Assembly: GCA_965661285.1 (NCBI GenBank)
Contig: CBFIDD010000002.1
Location: 96,001-160,000 of the forward strand
Origin: Poseidonia sp.
GTDB lineage: Archaea > Thermoplasmatota > Poseidoniia > Poseidoniales > Poseidoniaceae
Length of the DNA stretch: 64,000 nt
Direction of reading: 5' to 3'
The notes under the pieces were generated by a model. That model was not told the DNA's origin. It made no database searches and saw only the letters and a list, made by a program, of their open reading frames with translations. Shown here piece after piece: positions 48,169 to 57,628 of the stretch. The position numbers and the translations under genes were made by a program. Every line of letters starts with the position of its first letter. The first letter of the stretch is position 1.

Positions 48169-48867
48169 ATGGATATCATGCTACGCCAATGTCGAGCCCA
48201 CGGACACTTCTCCGGGACCAACTGCCCGGTTTGTAATGACGAAGGTAAATTCATCATGAGCGACAGAGAAGCCAATTCACTCGGCCGTATCTTGGCCCTC
48301 GTGCTGCGCCACGCTCCTGAAAAATTCAACGTTGACATGGACATCAACGGATGGGTGAACACTCGAGAACTCTCAGAGGCCATTGGAAACCAGCGACGCC
48401 ACTACCATTGGCTTCGAGGATGGCACTTCGAGGCGATTGCCAACGCCGACGAAAAGGGACGATACCAAGTCGAAAACGGAATGATTCGTGCAACGTACGG
48501 CCACTCCATTGAACTGGACCTTGACCTCCCAACCGACGACATCCCCGAAGTTCTCTACTTCCCCTGCGAAGGTGAAGAGGTTGAAACACACCTCGAATTC
48601 GGATTGACGGGTGGCGACCGAAAGAACGTCCACCTTTCACGCTCCATCCACAACGCCATGGAAGCCGGCCACGTGCGTATCGACCGTCCAACGATTCTTG
48701 AGATCGACACCGTTCGTGCCATCGCAGACGGCCACACCATCTACCGTGCTGGAACCACGGTGTTCCTGACCGATGAGGTGCCGGGAGAATACCTCTACAA
48801 GGTTGATGAAGACGACCCCATGATCCAAGAAATGGTTGAACAGTGGGAACGTGAAGAAGAAGAGTAA
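48169..48867 (+). CDS. kptA: RNA 2'-phosphotransferase Tpt1/KptA with N-terminal Zn finger
   Basis: LVLRHAP, KGRY, IRATYGHS, VHLS; N-terminal CRAHG...CPVC. Confidence 0.92.
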   Translation: MDIMLRQCRAHGHFSGTNCPVCNDEGKFIMSDREANSLGRILALVLRHAPEKFNVDMDINGWVNTRELSEAIGNQRRHYHWLRGWHFEAIANADEKGRYQVENGMIRATYGHSIELDLDLPTDDIPEVLYFPCEGEEVETHLEFGLTGGDRKNVHLSRSIHNAMEAGHVRIDRPTILEIDTVRAIADGHTIYRAGTTVFLTDEVPGEYLYKVDEDDPMIQEMVEQWEREEEE

Positions 48868-48871
48868 TCGC

Positions 48872-49207
48872 TTACTTTTCGACACCGCACGCTGGACAAA
48901 ATGCCAAATCAGGTTCAAACACAGCTTTGCAAACAGAACAGTGGTCCGTCCCTGTCATCAGCGCTTCGACCTTTTTCGGAGCAGGTGCGGGCGTGATGCC
49001 GGATTCGGATTCAACCAATCGAATCGGGTCGATGCCATGGCGTTGAAGTTCCTCAATACGATTCTTGTAAATGATGGCTTCTTGGAGCGCACACTCGAGT
49101 TGCCACAGCCGTTGCTCTCGCTCCTTACCATCTGCAATGGTCTGTGCTTCCTCAACACAGACTTGCAAATGACGCATGAAGGCATCAACAGTTGGTTCCT
49201 CGGCCAT
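48872..49207 (-). CDS. Small protein with C-terminal Zn ribbon
   Basis: Helical N-terminus, CSVC...FCPACG; start trimmed to ATG 49207. Confidence 0.7.
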   Translation of the reverse strand: MAEEPTVDAFMRHLQVCVEEAQTIADGKEREQRLWQLECALQEAIIYKNRIEELQRHGIDPIRLVESESGITPAPAPKKVEALMTGTDHCSVCKAVFEPDLAFCPACGVEK

Positions 49208-49318
49208 GAGGTGCACTCCCATACCGTTCTTCATCAAACCTTGCCCGAGACTGTGCCCACCTCTCAGCTTTGCTCAACCGTGCGGTAGCCTCATGACACG
49301 CTGCGGTGTGGGGGCATC

Positions 49319-50134
49319 ATGCGTAAACGCGTCGTCGTCAAATGGGGCGGGGGCCTCATCACGCAGAAAGATACCATGAAAACCGTACGACACGATGTGC
49401 TCGATGGTTTGGCGGAACAGTTGGAGGCGTGTCTCCTGGACGGCATGGATGTTGTGTTGGTTCACGGTGCTGGCTCATTTGGCCATCTCAAGGCGAAGCG
49501 GTACAAACTCGCCGAAGGAAAAGTGGACGATGAACATCTTCCAAGTGACCGCTCGCAAGAAGAGGCCGTGGTCGATGTTCGCAACGACATGCTCGAACTC
49601 AACCAGCACGTCTTAGCGGCGTTGACCAAACGAGATGTATCGGCGGTGTCACTCCCTCCACACCAGTGGGCACGCAATACGGGCCCGTCGTTCGAGGGAG
49701 ATTTGGCCCTCTTTGAATCAGCCCCTCAAGGCATCGTCGTGGTCACCCACGGCGATGTCGTCGATTGCGATGAGCCGATGCAGTTTGGTATTCTCTCTGG
49801 CGATGATCTGGTCTACCGTTTGGCTACCGAACTGAGTGGCGTGAAGCGCCTTGTCTTTGCCATGGGAGGTGTTGAAGGTGTACTTTCACAGCCGCCAAAC
49901 GGAGATAACGATGAGGAGAAACTCATCGCATCACTTCACCAACACGACGGATTCGAAGGCCTCCACATGAGTGGCATGGACGTCACTGGAGGTATTGGGC
50001 TCAAAGTTGAGCGTGGATTCCAAACCGCACAAAAAGGCATTGAGGTCCACCTCGTCAGTGGAGAACTTGAGCATCGTGTGCGAGATGCATGCCTCGGAAA
50101 GGATGTGCGTGGCACAGTTCTCCGTCCGTCATGA
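49319..50134 (+). CDS. Isopentenyl phosphate kinase
   Basis: VKWGGGLITQK, VHGAGSFGH, HGDVV, ILSGDDL, DVTGGI..K; upstream of the IDI fusion. Confidence 0.92.
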   Translation: MRKRVVVKWGGGLITQKDTMKTVRHDVLDGLAEQLEACLLDGMDVVLVHGAGSFGHLKAKRYKLAEGKVDDEHLPSDRSQEEAVVDVRNDMLELNQHVLAALTKRDVSAVSLPPHQWARNTGPSFEGDLALFESAPQGIVVVTHGDVVDCDEPMQFGILSGDDLVYRLATELSGVKRLVFAMGGVEGVLSQPPNGDNDEEKLIASLHQHDGFEGLHMSGMDVTGGIGLKVERGFQTAQKGIEVHLVSGELEHRVRDACLGKDVRGTVLRPS

Positions 50135-50185
50135 CGCAGAGAACTCTTCATGTAGCCTCCGCGACTCCACAAAGACGGTGAAACC

Positions 50186-51937
50186 ATGTCAGGGTACGGA
50201 ATTGAGGATGTACCGCACATGGAGCTGGATGACGACGGTGTTGCGTCGCTGACACAAAACAACCCGGACCAAGCGGCACTGATGGCCGAAGCCGTGATTC
50301 GAGTATCCGAGCAGGATATAGTCCTCGGCCCGGTCTCCAAGCTCGCGGCTCACCAACACGCCGGTGCATACCATCGGGCGTTCAGTGTCCTCCTGTTCAA
50401 CACCAAGGGAGAAATGCTTCTCCAACAACGTTCAGCCGACAAGGTCACCTTCCCGAACGTCTGGGCCAATGCGTGTTGCTCCCACCCCCTTCACAGTGAA
50501 GAGGAATTGGAGGAGGATGACGCCATGGGCGTGAAGCGAGCCGCCATTCGTAAGTTGGAGCAAGAATTGGGCATTGACCCGTCTTCCGTTTCAACCGACG
50601 GCATGACCTTCATGACCAAAATGCGCTACAGCGCTCGAATGAACCCTGAGTGGATCGAGCGAGAAGTTGACCACATCCTGGTGATGTGTGCTGATGTTGA
50701 CATTCAGCCAAACCCCAACGAAGTGGCCAACATCATGTGGGTCAGCCGCGACGCCTTGGAGGCGATGTTGATTGAAGAGCGTGAGGCGGACCAGGCCGTT
50801 GCCCCGTGGTTCAGGTGCATCGCTGCTCGTGTCATGACAGAAGCATGGTGGCAGCATTATGCCGACGGTGACAAACTCGCCGAACTCTCCGACGACCTCA
50901 TCCACGACATGGGCGACGTCACCTACATGCTACCAAACGCCGAAGGTGCGGATTTGTTGACATCCATTATGGAAGTCAAACCGTTGATTGAAGAACGAAT
51001 CTCCTTGAGTCTGCGAGCCTCACGCCACGAGCGCCTCGGCGACGCCATGATGCACCTCATCGAAGGCGGCGGAAAGCGGATGCGAGCGACCCTGCCGTGG
51101 CTGGTGGCGAAAGCAGTTGGTGATGCCCACGCAGGCCTTCTCGACATTGGTGCTGCCATTGAAACCGTTCACAATTTTACACTCGTCCACGATGACATCA
51201 TGGACAACGATGAGGTCAGGCGGGGGCGAAACGCCGTTCACGTCGAATACGGCATGCCCACGGCCATCAACGCTGGCGATGCCATGCTGGCCATTGCGTT
51301 TGAACGGCTTGTTCAAGCGGAAAATCTCGAGCCCGAAGATGTTGCACCCCTTGTCAATCGAATCGCTTGGATGGTTCGCCGGGTCAGCGAAGGGCAACAG
51401 TTGGATATAGAATTCGAAGACAGGCTTGAGGTCTCCGAGGACGACTACCTCGAGATGATCGAAGGCAAGACGGCCGTGATGTTTTGGATTTGTGCAGAAA
51501 TCGGAGCGCGGATTTCCGGTGCCGATGAGGAAACCATTCAGCTCATGGCTGAATGGGGCAAAGCCCTCGGTCTTTGTTTCCAATTGATGGACGACGTGAT
51601 CGACGTCCTGTCAGATTCGGAGACGCTCGGAAAGCCCGCTGGCTCCGACATTGCTCAAGGAAAACGCACGCTGATGATCATCCACGCATTACGCCAACCC
51701 GACAGCGATGTCAAACAACGGCTCCTGAAGGTGCTCGGCAAAGGGGAGGACGTTGCTCCCGAGGACTTGGAAGATGGTCTGGCCGCACTTGCAGAGCTGG
51801 GTTCGGTTGGCTACGCTCGCACGATGGCTGAGGATTTCCACGCTCAGGCGCACGCCTGTTTGGACCGACTTGTTGACAACCCGGCCATGGTGGCGTTGAG
51901 AGAACTCACGGATTTCCAACTTGCACGCCTTCATTGA
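50186..51937 (+). CDS. Fusion of type-1 IPP isomerase (Nudix) and polyprenyl (GGPP-type) diphosphate synthase
   Basis: N-half HRAFSV, WANACCSHP, RKLEQELG, EREVDH; C-half GGKRMR, FTLVHDDIMD, GKTA, FQLMDDVID. Confidence 0.92.
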   Translation: MSGYGIEDVPHMELDDDGVASLTQNNPDQAALMAEAVIRVSEQDIVLGPVSKLAAHQHAGAYHRAFSVLLFNTKGEMLLQQRSADKVTFPNVWANACCSHPLHSEEELEEDDAMGVKRAAIRKLEQELGIDPSSVSTDGMTFMTKMRYSARMNPEWIEREVDHILVMCADVDIQPNPNEVANIMWVSRDALEAMLIEEREADQAVAPWFRCIAARVMTEAWWQHYADGDKLAELSDDLIHDMGDVTYMLPNAEGADLLTSIMEVKPLIEERISLSLRASRHERLGDAMMHLIEGGGKRMRATLPWLVAKAVGDAHAGLLDIGAAIETVHNFTLVHDDIMDNDEVRRGRNAVHVEYGMPTAINAGDAMLAIAFERLVQAENLEPEDVAPLVNRIAWMVRRVSEGQQLDIEFEDRLEVSEDDYLEMIEGKTAVMFWICAEIGARISGADEETIQLMAEWGKALGLCFQLMDDVIDVLSDSETLGKPAGSDIAQGKRTLMIIHALRQPDSDVKQRLLKVLGKGEDVAPEDLEDGLAALAELGSVGYARTMAEDFHAQAHACLDRLVDNPAMVALRELTDFQLARLH

Positions 51938-52394
51938 TGATGCGAACCGCATCACCAAGGCGTATGGAACCCGTTTGCTGAACACTGGCATACCAACGTG
52001 TTTGGCCTTCTGTTTTTTGATGACTCAGCGCTTTGAAATGTCCATTTTGAAATGATGCCCGAATCGTTTTGCACGGTGGAGCATCAGCGGTGATGGTCAA
52101 ACGGACTTCGCCGGCTTGCAATTGAACGCCTGGCTGCAACAGGCCCTCATCAAGTCCTTCGACGAGAACATTTTCTCCCGTCGTTCCCGGTGCGATTGGA
52201 TGACCGCTCGCTTGTAGACGCTCCATGACGCGAACCTCCATCAAGCACACGGCTCTGTTTGGACCGCCATGGTGCTTGGTATCGTTCTGCTTATCGCCAA
52301 CACATCCGGTTTTGTGAACCTTGAGGGTCTCAACGGGATGTTTTGGAACGCCACCCTCTGGGTTAACATGCAGGCCTCGTACGATGCCTGCCAT
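51906..52394 (-). CDS. MOSC-domain protein
   Basis: GGVPK, GDKQ...HHGGPNRAV, PGTTGEN, PPC, G.IRLGD. Confidence 0.88.
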   Translation of the reverse strand: MAGIVRGLHVNPEGGVPKHPVETLKVHKTGCVGDKQNDTKHHGGPNRAVCLMEVRVMERLQASGHPIAPGTTGENVLVEGLDEGLLQPGVQLQAGEVRLTITADAPPCKTIRASFQNGHFKALSHQKTEGQTRWYASVQQTGSIRLGDAVRIINEGVQVGNP

Positions 52395-52403
52395 GCAACG
52401 GCC

Positions 52404-54611
52404 TCAATCTGCGTAGTAGGATTCGGGGTTTGGTTCGGGCTTGAGACCCTTGCGTTGACGGATTTCACCGACCACCGTGTCAAACAGTTGAGGTGGCAAA
52501 ATCTCGAAGCCGAGGTTCTCGGTGTTCCAAACGGCGCGTCCCTGAGAGGCGGCACGGATGTCGTTGGAGAACCCGAAGGTCTCGGCGATTGGGATAATAC
52601 CGACCACGGTGGTCACGGCACCCTCGGATGGCATGTCTTCTATGATACCACGACGGGTGGTGACTTCACGGGTGACTTGACCGAGCCAATCGTTTGGTAC
52701 GGAGATAAACGCTTTCTGCATGGGTTCGAGAAGTACCGTCTTGGCTCGCATCATGGCACCCTTGATGCCGTTTCGAACGGCTGGGATGGTCTGAGCGGGG
52801 CCACGGTGAATGGCGTCTTCGTGGAGTTTGGCGTCAACCAGTCGAACGAACATCCCTTGAACGGGTTCGTCGGCAACCGGGCCCTTGACACAAACTTCGT
52901 TGAACGCTTCGATGATGAGTTCACGAGTTTCGTGAAGGTTCTGGATACCTTTGGTGTCGTTGACGAGAACGTTGGTGCCGTTGATGGCGTAGATCTTGCG
53001 CATCACGTCTTTGTCCATGCCGTATTCTCCGAACTTGCTGCCGACTTCCTTCGCATCTTTGTTTCGGACCGGGCCATCTCCGAGTTCACCTGCTCGCAAC
53101 GCAGCGACGACGTCGTCGGGAAGGGCTTCAATCTCAAAGAAGAAGCGGTTGTGGCGGTTGGGCGATTTTCCTTCAAAGGAATTCCCTCGGTTCGAACCCT
53201 GAATACCTTCTCGGTAAACGACGATCGGTGGGCTGACCTTGACCTTGATGTTCTGCTCTTCTTCAATGCGGTAAACGGTGATTTCAAGGTGGAGTTCGCC
53301 CATACCGGCCAGGAGAGCCTCTCCGGTTTCCTGGTTGGTCGTGACTTGCAACGAGGCGTCGGCCTTAGCCAACGAACGGAGTGCGTCGATGAACTTGGGC
53401 AAGTCCTTCATGCTCTTCGGCTCAACCGCAACGGTGACCACAGGGTCGGAGTAGTGGCGAATCGCTTCAAACGGCGTGAAGTCCTTGTCTCGAGAGAGGG
53501 TGACACCAGCAGCAGCCGAGCGAATACCGGTCACAGCTGCGATGTTGCCGGCCACGACTTTGGGCACGGTGATGCGGTCGCCCCCGACCATCATGGCCAC
53601 TTGCTGGACACGCTCGGGCTTTGCAGCACCGATGGCGTAAACGGATTCACCTTGGTTGATGGCCCCTGAGTACACACGACCAACAGCCACTTCACCGGCG
53701 TGAGGGTCCATCCAAATCTTGGTGACCATCATGGCGAGTTCTGCTTCGGGGTCGCAGTTCATCATAGCCTGACCGACCTCAGAGTCCAAATCGCCCGTCC
53801 AAATGTTGGGAATACGGTATTTTTGAGCCTCAATGGGGCCAGGGAGTTTGGTGACCGCCATGTCGAGCAAGACTTCGTGAACGGGTGCTTTCTGAGCCAG
53901 CGTCTTTTGGTCTTCGTTGTTACAGTACTCAAAGATCTCCTTGAACGAGATGCCAGACTTGGCCATGTAGGGCACGGTGATACCCCAGTTGTGGTAGGCC
54001 GAACCAAACGCCACCGTTCCGTCTTGAACAGAAACTTGCCAGGCCTTTTCCATTCCCTGCGGAGCAAACTGCTTGATGAGTTTGTTGACTTTCTTGATGG
54101 TCTCCGTAAATCGAGCCATCATGTCTTCGGGCGTGACCTGCAATTCGTTGATGAGGCGGTCCACCTTGTTGATGAACAACACGGGTTTCACCTTCTCTTT
54201 CAGAGCCTGGCGAACCACGGTTTCGGTTTGCGGCATCGGTCCTTCAACTGCACAAGCGAGGATAAAGCAGCCGTCAACAGCACGCATGGCACGGGTAACG
54301 TCGCCACCAAAGTCAACGTGGCCAGGGGTGTCGATGAGGTTGATGAGGTAGTCCGTCCCTTCAACGGCGTGGACCATGGAGGCGGATGCTGCGTTGATGG
54401 TGATTCCACGAGCGGATTCCTGTTCGTCAAAGTCAAGCACACGGGCAGCACCGGCGAGGTCGTTGGACATCATTCCTGCACCTGCGATGAGGTTGTCGGA
54501 CAGGGTGGTCTTTCCGTGGTCGATGTGAGCTGCGATGCACAAGTTCCTGATTTGAGGAAGAACGTGCATGACTTCTGTGGCCTTCTTGATGTTGTCTTCT
54601 TTGCGTCCCAT
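52404..54611 (-). CDS. fusA: Translation elongation factor EF-2
   Basis: AHIDHGKTT, RGITI, DTPGHVDF, NKVD, GMGELHLE, diphthamide loop HEDAIHRG. Confidence 0.97.
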   Translation of the reverse strand: MGRKEDNIKKATEVMHVLPQIRNLCIAAHIDHGKTTLSDNLIAGAGMMSNDLAGAARVLDFDEQESARGITINAASASMVHAVEGTDYLINLIDTPGHVDFGGDVTRAMRAVDGCFILACAVEGPMPQTETVVRQALKEKVKPVLFINKVDRLINELQVTPEDMMARFTETIKKVNKLIKQFAPQGMEKAWQVSVQDGTVAFGSAYHNWGITVPYMAKSGISFKEIFEYCNNEDQKTLAQKAPVHEVLLDMAVTKLPGPIEAQKYRIPNIWTGDLDSEVGQAMMNCDPEAELAMMVTKIWMDPHAGEVAVGRVYSGAINQGESVYAIGAAKPERVQQVAMMVGGDRITVPKVVAGNIAAVTGIRSAAAGVTLSRDKDFTPFEAIRHYSDPVVTVAVEPKSMKDLPKFIDALRSLAKADASLQVTTNQETGEALLAGMGELHLEITVYRIEEEQNIKVKVSPPIVVYREGIQGSNRGNSFEGKSPNRHNRFFFEIEALPDDVVAALRAGELGDGPVRNKDAKEVGSKFGEYGMDKDVMRKIYAINGTNVLVNDTKGIQNLHETRELIIEAFNEVCVKGPVADEPVQGMFVRLVDAKLHEDAIHRGPAQTIPAVRNGIKGAMMRAKTVLLEPMQKAFISVPNDWLGQVTREVTTRRGIIEDMPSEGAVTTVVGIIPIAETFGFSNDIRAASQGRAVWNTENLGFEILPPQLFDTVVGEIRQRKGLKPEPNPESYYAD

Positions 54612-54683
54612 GGTTACCACCGTGTTCTCGTTGCTTCGCCCACTGAAAAGGGGTTCTTAAGTGCCTCGCAGAAAGGCGAAGGG

Positions 54684-55073
54684 TCAGTATACGAGTTGGG
54701 CATCTGAGGTCGCCGTCAAGGCGATGACACCGGGTGGCCCACTCCACGCAATTTTGTCGTCCGGGAAATAGAGCGCCCCGTCGCCCTCCTCATGACCGAG
54801 GGTGGCCTTGACAGAGGCAAAGGAGCAATACAGATCTGCACCGGAAAGGAGTTTGTCCATGAATCCGTGAACCATGGACGACCCTTGCCCCATCTCAGCC
54901 TCCAATGTTTGCAGGAAACTCGGATCGAGAAGTCGGGTTCCGGCTGCTGCAAAGAACACTCGGACCTCATGCCCGTCATCAACGGCTTGTGCGGCGCATG
55001 CCAAGCCAACAATTGATTTCAATTTGTCATGTGAGGGGTCGGAGACGAACTTGACGAACACGGTGGAGGTCAT
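54684..55073 (-). CDS. DsrE/F-like small protein
   Basis: A..AVDDGHEVRVFF...G, LYCS.AS, short C-terminal strand; 129 aa after trimming to ATG 55073. Confidence 0.7.
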   Translation of the reverse strand: MTSTVFVKFVSDPSHDKLKSIVGLACAAQAVDDGHEVRVFFAAAGTRLLDPSFLQTLEAEMGQGSSMVHGFMDKLLSGADLYCSFASVKATLGHEEGDGALYFPDDKIAWSGPPGVIALTATSDAQLVY

Positions 55074-55134
55074 GGTGTAAGCAACGCAAACCAACCAATG
55101 AACGTTTGGAGGCCAAACGGATGCAAGGATGACT

Positions 55135-55749
55135 TCAACGGGCAGAGGCTGCAATGCGCTCCAATTCTTCCTTCTTGCCAACGGCGTAGGAAGTGACGTC
55201 GCCTTCGCTGGCCTTCGTCAGTTCGTTGATGATGCAGTTTTTGAGCGTCCGCTTGGATTTGTGGGTGCCCTGCTGTGCGCCCTTGGCAAGATTAGCCAGG
55301 GCAACGTCAAGGCGTCGAGATGGAGAAGAGTCAACGGCTTTGGGCTGAGAGACGGCGCCAAACTTGATTCGGGTGATCTCTTCCATGGGTGCAGCAGAGC
55401 AAATAGCGTCAACAAACACCTGCAGCGGGTTGTTGCCAGAGCGCTCTGCGATTTGGTCAAGCGCATCTTCAAAGGCTTTCATGGCGCCCATTTTCTTGCC
55501 GGTGTAGGCACCGGTGCGCATGAGTTTGTTGATGTAGCGCTCAACGACAGAGAGCTTGGATTTTCCAAACCAAGCATTGGCGTGGCGACCACCGGTGTGT
55601 GGCACACCTACGGTGGTGAGGTTGACGTAAGGAGCGAGACCTGGGTCTCGGCAAACGACTTCTGAGGCGTCCCACTTTCCGAACACATTGGTTCCGATAC
55701 CGGCGATGGGTTTGTTCTCAACAACAGGGGATTCTTCGTCGCTCATCAT
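55135..55749 (-). CDS. rps7: 30S ribosomal protein S7 (uS7)
   Basis: FGKW, PHTGGRHA, VERYINKLM, NPLQVFVDAI, KKEELERIAASAR. Confidence 0.96.
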   Translation of the reverse strand: MMSDEESPVVENKPIAGIGTNVFGKWDASEVVCRDPGLAPYVNLTTVGVPHTGGRHANAWFGKSKLSVVERYINKLMRTGAYTGKKMGAMKAFEDALDQIAERSGNNPLQVFVDAICSAAPMEEITRIKFGAVSQPKAVDSSPSRRLDVALANLAKGAQQGTHKSKRTLKNCIINELTKASEGDVTSYAVGKKEELERIAASAR

Positions 55750-55756
55750 CAACACC

Positions 55757-56185
55757 TCAGCGGACTGGCTTCTCCTTTCGACCTCGAACCATTTCGTCGA
55801 GGGACACGCCGTTCACTTGAATGACTTTGTAGCGAACACCGGGAATGTCTCCGTACGAACGGCCCATGCGGCCGCCGATACCTTCGACCATGACCTCGTC
55901 GTGCTCGTCAATGAAGTTGATGGCGCCATCGCCGGGTGCGAAGGCCGTGAGTTTGTTTCCGTTTTTGATGAGGGAAATCTTGACGGCTTTGCGGATGCCG
56001 GAGTTGGGTTGTTTGGCCTCAATACCGACTTTTTCAACCACGATACCCTTGGCTTGGGTCGACCCTGCGAGTGGGTCGTGCTTGGCACGCGACTTGAGCA
56101 TGCGCTTCTTGTAGCGGCGGTCTGACCAACGGAATTTTTGTCGGTCCTTTGCCATCTTGGCACCTGCGAAGAGTCCTCTGCCCAT
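55757..56185 (-). CDS. rps12: 30S ribosomal protein S12 (uS12)
   Basis: [30 protein letters not shown]; GAGGTGA upstream. Confidence 0.97.
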   Translation of the reverse strand: MGRGLFAGAKMAKDRQKFRWSDRRYKKRMLKSRAKHDPLAGSTQAKGIVVEKVGIEAKQPNSGIRKAVKISLIKNGNKLTAFAPGDGAINFIDEHDEVMVEGIGGRMGRSYGDIPGVRYKVIQVNGVSLDEMVRGRKEKPVR

Positions 56186-56347
56186 CATCATCACCTCATT
56201 GAAGCATTTCGCCGACTTGCCGCCCCTATTTAATCAAATCCCTTTGGCCTACCGAATCAGAGGCGGCGTCGTTTGATTTGCAACAATCCACAAACCCTCT
56301 CACCATCCATGAACAACATTCAAACAACGGGTCTCTGTGGCAGGGCC

Positions 56348-57619
56348 ATGGCCTTCCGAGACCACTTGGCTGCAGCAACGGTGGAAACCTCCCCGGTGAG
56401 TCTCGTTCACGGGATGCTTCACCACTCACGGGGTACAGGCCACGCGATGACCGTCTTTGAAAACATCCCCGAATGCCCCGGGCACCGTGCAGCGGTGAAC
56501 ATGCTCACTCGAGACCGCCTTTGTGCAGCCATTGGCATTGAGCCGGAGGCGTACATTGACACGCTGGGTTGGGCGATGAGCCACCCGTCGACGCCGGTTG
56601 TTGTTGAAAAGGATGAAGCCGCTTGCTTCGAAAACACCGTGACCGACGTTGACCTCGGTACCATCCCCATCCCGCACCACTGGCCCCAAGACCGTGGACG
56701 CTACTCCTCTGCAAGCATCATCATCGCCCAGGACAGCGGCATACGAAACGTCTCCTTCCACCGTCAGTTCCTCCGCGATGAAAACCACCTCGTGGTCCGG
56801 TTGGTCCCCCGTCATTTGCGCACCATGGTCACCAACGCCCGAAAAGAAGGACGTGAGGTCAACGTGGCCGTCGTGAACGCCCCCGACCCTGTGGTGCTTC
56901 TCGCTGCGGCTATGTCGTTCAACGAAAACATCGACGAGTTAACCATTGCAGCCGCACTTCACGAGAAACTCTACGGCCGCCAACTGAAATTGGTTGAACT
57001 CCCAAACGGCGTTCACGTCCCAGCCGATGCAGAATATGTCTGGTGGGGCAGAATCACTCTCGACGATGACGATGAGGGCCCGTATGTTGACATCACGGGT
57101 ACCGTTGACGATGTTCGTCAGGAGCCAGTGATTGAAATCGACGGTTTAATTCATAGAGACAACCCCATCTTCCACGCCCTGATTCCGGGCGAAGCCGAAC
57201 ACAAGACCCTCATGGGACTGCCCCGTGCCCCCACCATCAAAGCGGCCGTCAACGACGTGGTGGAGTGTTTGGATGTTCACATGACCGAAGGCGGTTGTGG
57301 CTGGTTGGGTGCTGTCCTCAAGATACGGAAGCGCCACCAAGACGACGGCATGAAGGCGATCAAGGCGGCCTTTGACGGCCACAAAAGCATGAAGATCGTG
57401 ACCGTCGTTGACGAGGACATTGACATCACCGACCCCGTTCGAGTGGAGTGGGCGATGATGACGCGATGGCAGCCGGACAAAGACACCTTGATTTTGAGCG
57501 ACCAGCGAGGAAGTTCCCTTGACCCGTCGAGGTACGACGACGGCCGAACGTCAAAAATCGGCTACGACGCCACCATTGACTTTGGTGTTGATCGCGAGGG
57601 CTTCATGTCCGTGCAGTGA
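56348..57619 (+). CDS. UbiD-family (prFMN) decarboxylase, candidate anhydromevalonate phosphate decarboxylase
   Basis: RNVSFHR, RLVPRHL, EGPYVDITG, EHKTLMGLP, VVDEDID, RGSSLDPS, KIGYDAT. Confidence 0.85.
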   Translation: MAFRDHLAAATVETSPVSLVHGMLHHSRGTGHAMTVFENIPECPGHRAAVNMLTRDRLCAAIGIEPEAYIDTLGWAMSHPSTPVVVEKDEAACFENTVTDVDLGTIPIPHHWPQDRGRYSSASIIIAQDSGIRNVSFHRQFLRDENHLVVRLVPRHLRTMVTNARKEGREVNVAVVNAPDPVVLLAAAMSFNENIDELTIAAALHEKLYGRQLKLVELPNGVHVPADAEYVWWGRITLDDDDEGPYVDITGTVDDVRQEPVIEIDGLIHRDNPIFHALIPGEAEHKTLMGLPRAPTIKAAVNDVVECLDVHMTEGGCGWLGAVLKIRKRHQDDGMKAIKAAFDGHKSMKIVTVVDEDIDITDPVRVEWAMMTRWQPDKDTLILSDQRGSSLDPSRYDDGRTSKIGYDATIDFGVDREGFMSVQ

Positions 57620-57628
57620 GGTCGTTTC

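Noticed and set aside
51906-51937. Convergent 3' overlaps (also 10033-10044, 15599-15611, 27547-27562) as an antisense regulatory system
   Set aside because: Short tail-to-tail overlaps are expected in a compact genome; nothing else supports regulation
52269-54707. Long + strand ORFs (466 aa and 335 aa) antisense to EF-2
   Set aside because: Shadow frames from codon bias of a highly expressed gene; no recognisable motifs
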